64,000 nucleotides of DNA, from the NCBI GenBank assembly GCA_043228905.1, contig JBHGNT010000010.1, positions 2,666,001 through 2,730,000 of the forward strand, given 5' to 3'. Position numbers and translations under genes: made by a program. The stretch comes from Azolla caroliniana (Eukaryota > Plantae > Polypodiophyta). Every line of letters starts with the position of its first letter. Position 1 is the first letter of the stretch. The notes beneath the pieces were generated by a model that had not been told where the DNA came from, did no database searches, and saw nothing but the letters and a program-made list of their open reading frames with translations. Positions 60,758-64,000 of the stretch are shown one piece after another.

Positions 60758-60761
<4 letters not shown>

Positions 60762-60838
<77 letters not shown>
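60762..60838. repeat. (AG)n microsatellite between the two LINEs
   Basis: Long pure AG tract. Confidence 0.95.
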
Positions 60839-60845
<7 letters not shown>

Positions 60846-62437
60846 AGAGAAAAGAAAGAAAGATATAAGGCCAAAATTGGCCCATGAGACAAATGGTTTA
60901 CAACAAAAAATGGGATATTTACCCATTCATCGAAAGTAAAAAATAAAAATAAAAATAGATTTTTAAGCTAAATAGTTCTAGTAAAATAAAATAACAAACA
61001 TGTTCTACAATGAAAATGATGTTATACTAGGCCTAATTTCATTTCCATCCAAGTCTCTCGAAGAGAAGCAGGAGGTCAAAGGGTTTCGATGTGGATGTGG
61101 CCCATGGCCCCAATGTAAAAGGTACCCCAACCATAGCTTCTAGTCGACGTGGCTCACGTTCCCTTGTCTTCTTAATCCTTTCTACTCAGTGTCGACTTGT
61201 TTTGAAGCCCAACATCCGAGGGCGTTTGGTTGTTCTTTGCCTTTCGGCTTCCTCAAGAGAGAGGCCAAGTGGCGTAAGTGTATCCACATTCATCGTCTCC
61301 CCTTGTTCCTGAAAAATTACACTAGTTACAAGTTGATGAATAGTAAAAGGGTTATGGTTAACACTTTGTAATTTATTCTCCCTATGTTGTTTTAGCTCTA
61401 AGATATACCTACCTAGTCTCTTTACATCCGGGGTATCTAATAGTTTGGAGAGGGTGGGAGAGGGTCCTAATATGACTTGGTATTCCACTCGTATCTCGAC
61501 ATAAGTTGGGCACTTGCATGTGAAGTGATACTCATCCTCTATCTCTATGTGGCACAACCTACATAACCTTTCCTCCCTAGGGACTCTATTTGCCCGACCA
61601 TTCTCAATCTCAAGTTGGTGAGATGATATCCTAAGTTGTCGAAGGGCAACCCTTAGTGCATTTGATAAGAATGTATCTAGATAGCTTGGTCATGTAATAA
61701 AACCTAACTGCGAGAAGTGCAAGAAGTGTTCCTTATAGTACAACATTTTAGATGGGAGTGGCTCTTGTGGGGTGATCCATTTATATCGAGTGTAAATTTT
61801 CCATATTTCTTGGGGTATCACTTTATTACGGTCTTCATGAGATATTAGGGTTTGGTCAGTCCCATGGTTGTACTTAAGGGGGGGTAGGTAATTAATGTCT
61901 ATGCCGTTTGCAAGTAACCAACTCACCATATGCTATACCAAGAGCTAGTGTCTCTAGACGCATGTAGGGATCGAGATGCCTCAAAGGCTTGACGAGATAT
62001 CCTATCTTGTGGTTGGCTATGTATCCGATGAATAAAAACTACCACTTAAAATAGTGCTTCTACTAACATCGGGGGCAGAATGAACTCTGCTCTAATAATC
62101 TCATGTGGTACTGTCGATTTGGTTTGGAGTTGACGTGATAACATTGTCACCAAAGGTCTCTCTAATTGCGTCCACATGAAAGATGGTAGACATGGAGCCC
62201 ATGCTACTGATGCATACATGAGGGAAGGGGTCAATAATGAGTCGAAGAGCCATCCCTTAGTCCGTGGCTCTTGAAAGTATGCATGGTGGCATTGTCTCTC
62301 TAAGAGTGAGAGGGATGCATACCCTCTCGTTAGCATATCTTTGGTTGCTTGGGTCATCGAGAATTTACCTGAGAGAGCACTAAAAGTGACTCTGAAGTAT
62401 ACATATGATCCAACTACCTCAACTACTTTATCAGAGA
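60839..62437 (-). mobile_element. LINE N2: 5'-truncated, decayed copy of the N family
   Basis: Colinear with ~54935-56470; its 5' end is fused to H3 integrase. Confidence 0.9.
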
Positions 62438-63772
62438 GGAAAGTGATATCATTAATTTTTCCGATAATACGGAAAGGACCTAATCGTCGATAATCCAATT
62501 TATCGCATGGTCGAGTAGTCTTGATGTGTTGTCGTAATAGCCATACCCGATTTCCAATGTTAAAATAGGATGGAAGATGATGACGATCCGCATAAGCCTT
62601 TTGTGTTTGTTGAGCTTGATGTAAATGGGTAGATAGGTCTGCCTGTATCTTGCGTAGCCACTCCAAATGATCCTTTGCACGAGGATTTGTGGGTAACTCT
62701 GAGGTTTCGAACACATACCATCGAGGATGATGGCCTGTATAAGCATAAAATGGTGTAACCCTAGTTGATCAGTGGATAGAGTTATTAAAAGCAAATTCGG
62801 CAAAGTGGAGAATATCCGCCCAATCATCTTGTTGATAGCTCAGAAAACACCGAAGATATTGTTCCAATGTTTTATTTGTTCATTCTACTTGGCCTTCTGT
62901 TTGAGGGTGATAGCCAAAGGAGAGGTTACAAGTGACCTTGAGCATTTTGAAGAGATGCTTCCAGAATTTCGAGATGAATTGAGGTCCACAGTCGTTGATG
63001 ATACTATCCGGGAGGCCATGATGCCGAAATACCTCATGCATGACAATTGCAGCGGTTTCTTCACTAGTGATTGCCTTAGTACAAGGCAGGAAATGTGCCA
63101 TCTTAGTATATCGATCCACTATTATTAAGATTGCATCGAATCCAGTTGAAACAGGAAGATCTGTGATAAAATCTAAAGAAATGGAGTGCCACGACTTGCT
63201 TGGAATTGGTAATGGTTCCAATAAACCATATGGATGATGTCTTGCATCTTTGCTCTACAACATGTATCACATGTCCGAACATAGTCTTCGACAAATCGTC
63301 GCATATGAGGCCACCAGAATGATCGTTGTACTAAATCCAATGTTTTAGTCTTACCAAAATGTCAAGCTGTATATGTGTCATGACAATTTTGGACTACTCG
63401 AAGGCGACAAGAACCACTGGGAACATACAAGAGTTTCTTAAAGAATAGTAACCATCATGATATTCGAATTGTCGATAGTCCATACCTGGTTGTTGCGAAT
63501 GTGAACATGTTGCCCATGAGGGATCAATTTGCGCTAGAATGGCTTGCACGAAAGCGTTTGTCTTCAAGTCTTCAGGTATGGTCTCGATAATGCGGGAATC
63601 CAATGGAGTGTCAAAAACCCACGCTGCTTTAGTCGTGTTGGTCTTAGGATGACTTGCTTTTGATTATTGAATGTTGGATCATCGGGACGAGGTGCTAGAT
63701 ACGAGCGCCGAGATAATGCATCTACCTTCCCTTGCTGCTTCCTAGGACTATATGTAAATTTGAAGTTGAAGC

Positions 63773-64000
63773 TAGCAATAGGCCCGGTTTCGGCTCAAAC
63801 CAAACCGAATCGATAAACCGTGGCTTAATGGTTTATAGATTCGAAAATAAATAAACGGTTTGGTTTGGTTTCAAATGTTACTAATCGGTTTCGGTTCGGT
63901 TCAGTTCGGTTTTGAATTTACCGGTTTATCGGTTTCAGTTTATGTGGTTTGGTTTAAAGGTTTATAGGTTTATGGGTTAAAAAATACTCGTAAATTTTCC
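63773..64000. mobile_element. Probable end of a DNA transposon/MITE (hAT-like) inserted in H3
   Basis: H3 homology stops abruptly; starts TAG; dense AAACCG/CGGTTT subterminal motifs in both orientations. The other end is not visible. Confidence 0.5.

Larger units (their letters stand above)
54897..60760 (-). mobile_element. LINE N1: apparently full-length non-LTR retrotransposon (RTE-X-like)
   Basis: GC-rich 5' UTR, ORF1, ORF2, 3' UTR and (CTTT)n tail; ends approximate. Confidence 0.88.
54793..63772 (-). mobile_element. Element H3: decayed H-family chromovirus (U5 remnant 54793-~54896; INT/RH remnant ~62438-63772), split by two LINEs
   Basis: TAGTACTAA-repeat U5 like H1/H2; ORFs 62880..63221 and 63394..63603 match H1 integrase. 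Confidence 0.85.

Noticed and set aside
60395-60939. Arg/Glu- and Leu/Ser-repeat ORFs
   Set aside because: Translations of the LINE 5' UTR and the (AG)n microsatellite.
62046-62714. 222-aa ORF joining chromovirus integrase sequence to the LINE RT C-terminus
   Set aside because: Chance in-frame junction of a truncated LINE and a decayed host; both parts carry stops nearby.
63772-63800. Helitron 3' end (CTAG)
   Set aside because: The C belongs to the host sequence, the flanking base is not A, and the subterminal motifs fit a TIR element better.

Overview
This window contains no recognisable host gene. It is a block of nested retrotransposons from a plant genome, probably a bryophyte such as a liverwort or moss (inferred from Tcn1-type chromoviruses, RTE-X-like LINEs and tRNA-Trp-primed Ty3 elements). 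LTR ends and target-site duplications (TSDs) resolve about 20 insertions. These include two near-intact Ty3/Gypsy elements (chromovirus H1 4319-10088; tRNA-Trp-primed A2 12961-20124), a 23.5-kb non-chromovirus Ty3 element E (3641-27141) with an extra ~970-codon ORF, several decayed Ty1/Copia elements, non-autonomous elements, five solo LTRs, two LINEs and a probable DNA-transposon end. Nesting appears to reach seven levels. The most unusual signals are: (1) elements E and K have no polypurine tract and instead carry a tRNA-Arg 3'-end look-alike ending in CCA 2 nt before the 3' LTR, suggesting tRNA-primed plus-strand synthesis; (2) all 9 insertions of the TGTCR..YGACA LTR group sit at CpG-centred 4-bp sites (RCGN); (3) antisense tRNA-like Pol III A/B-box cassettes lie in U3 of three LTR families; (4) Tf1-type self-priming and -1 frameshift signals are conserved between copies. 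Element letters are my own labels, and tRNA assignments rest on recalled plant tRNA 3' ends, not on a search.
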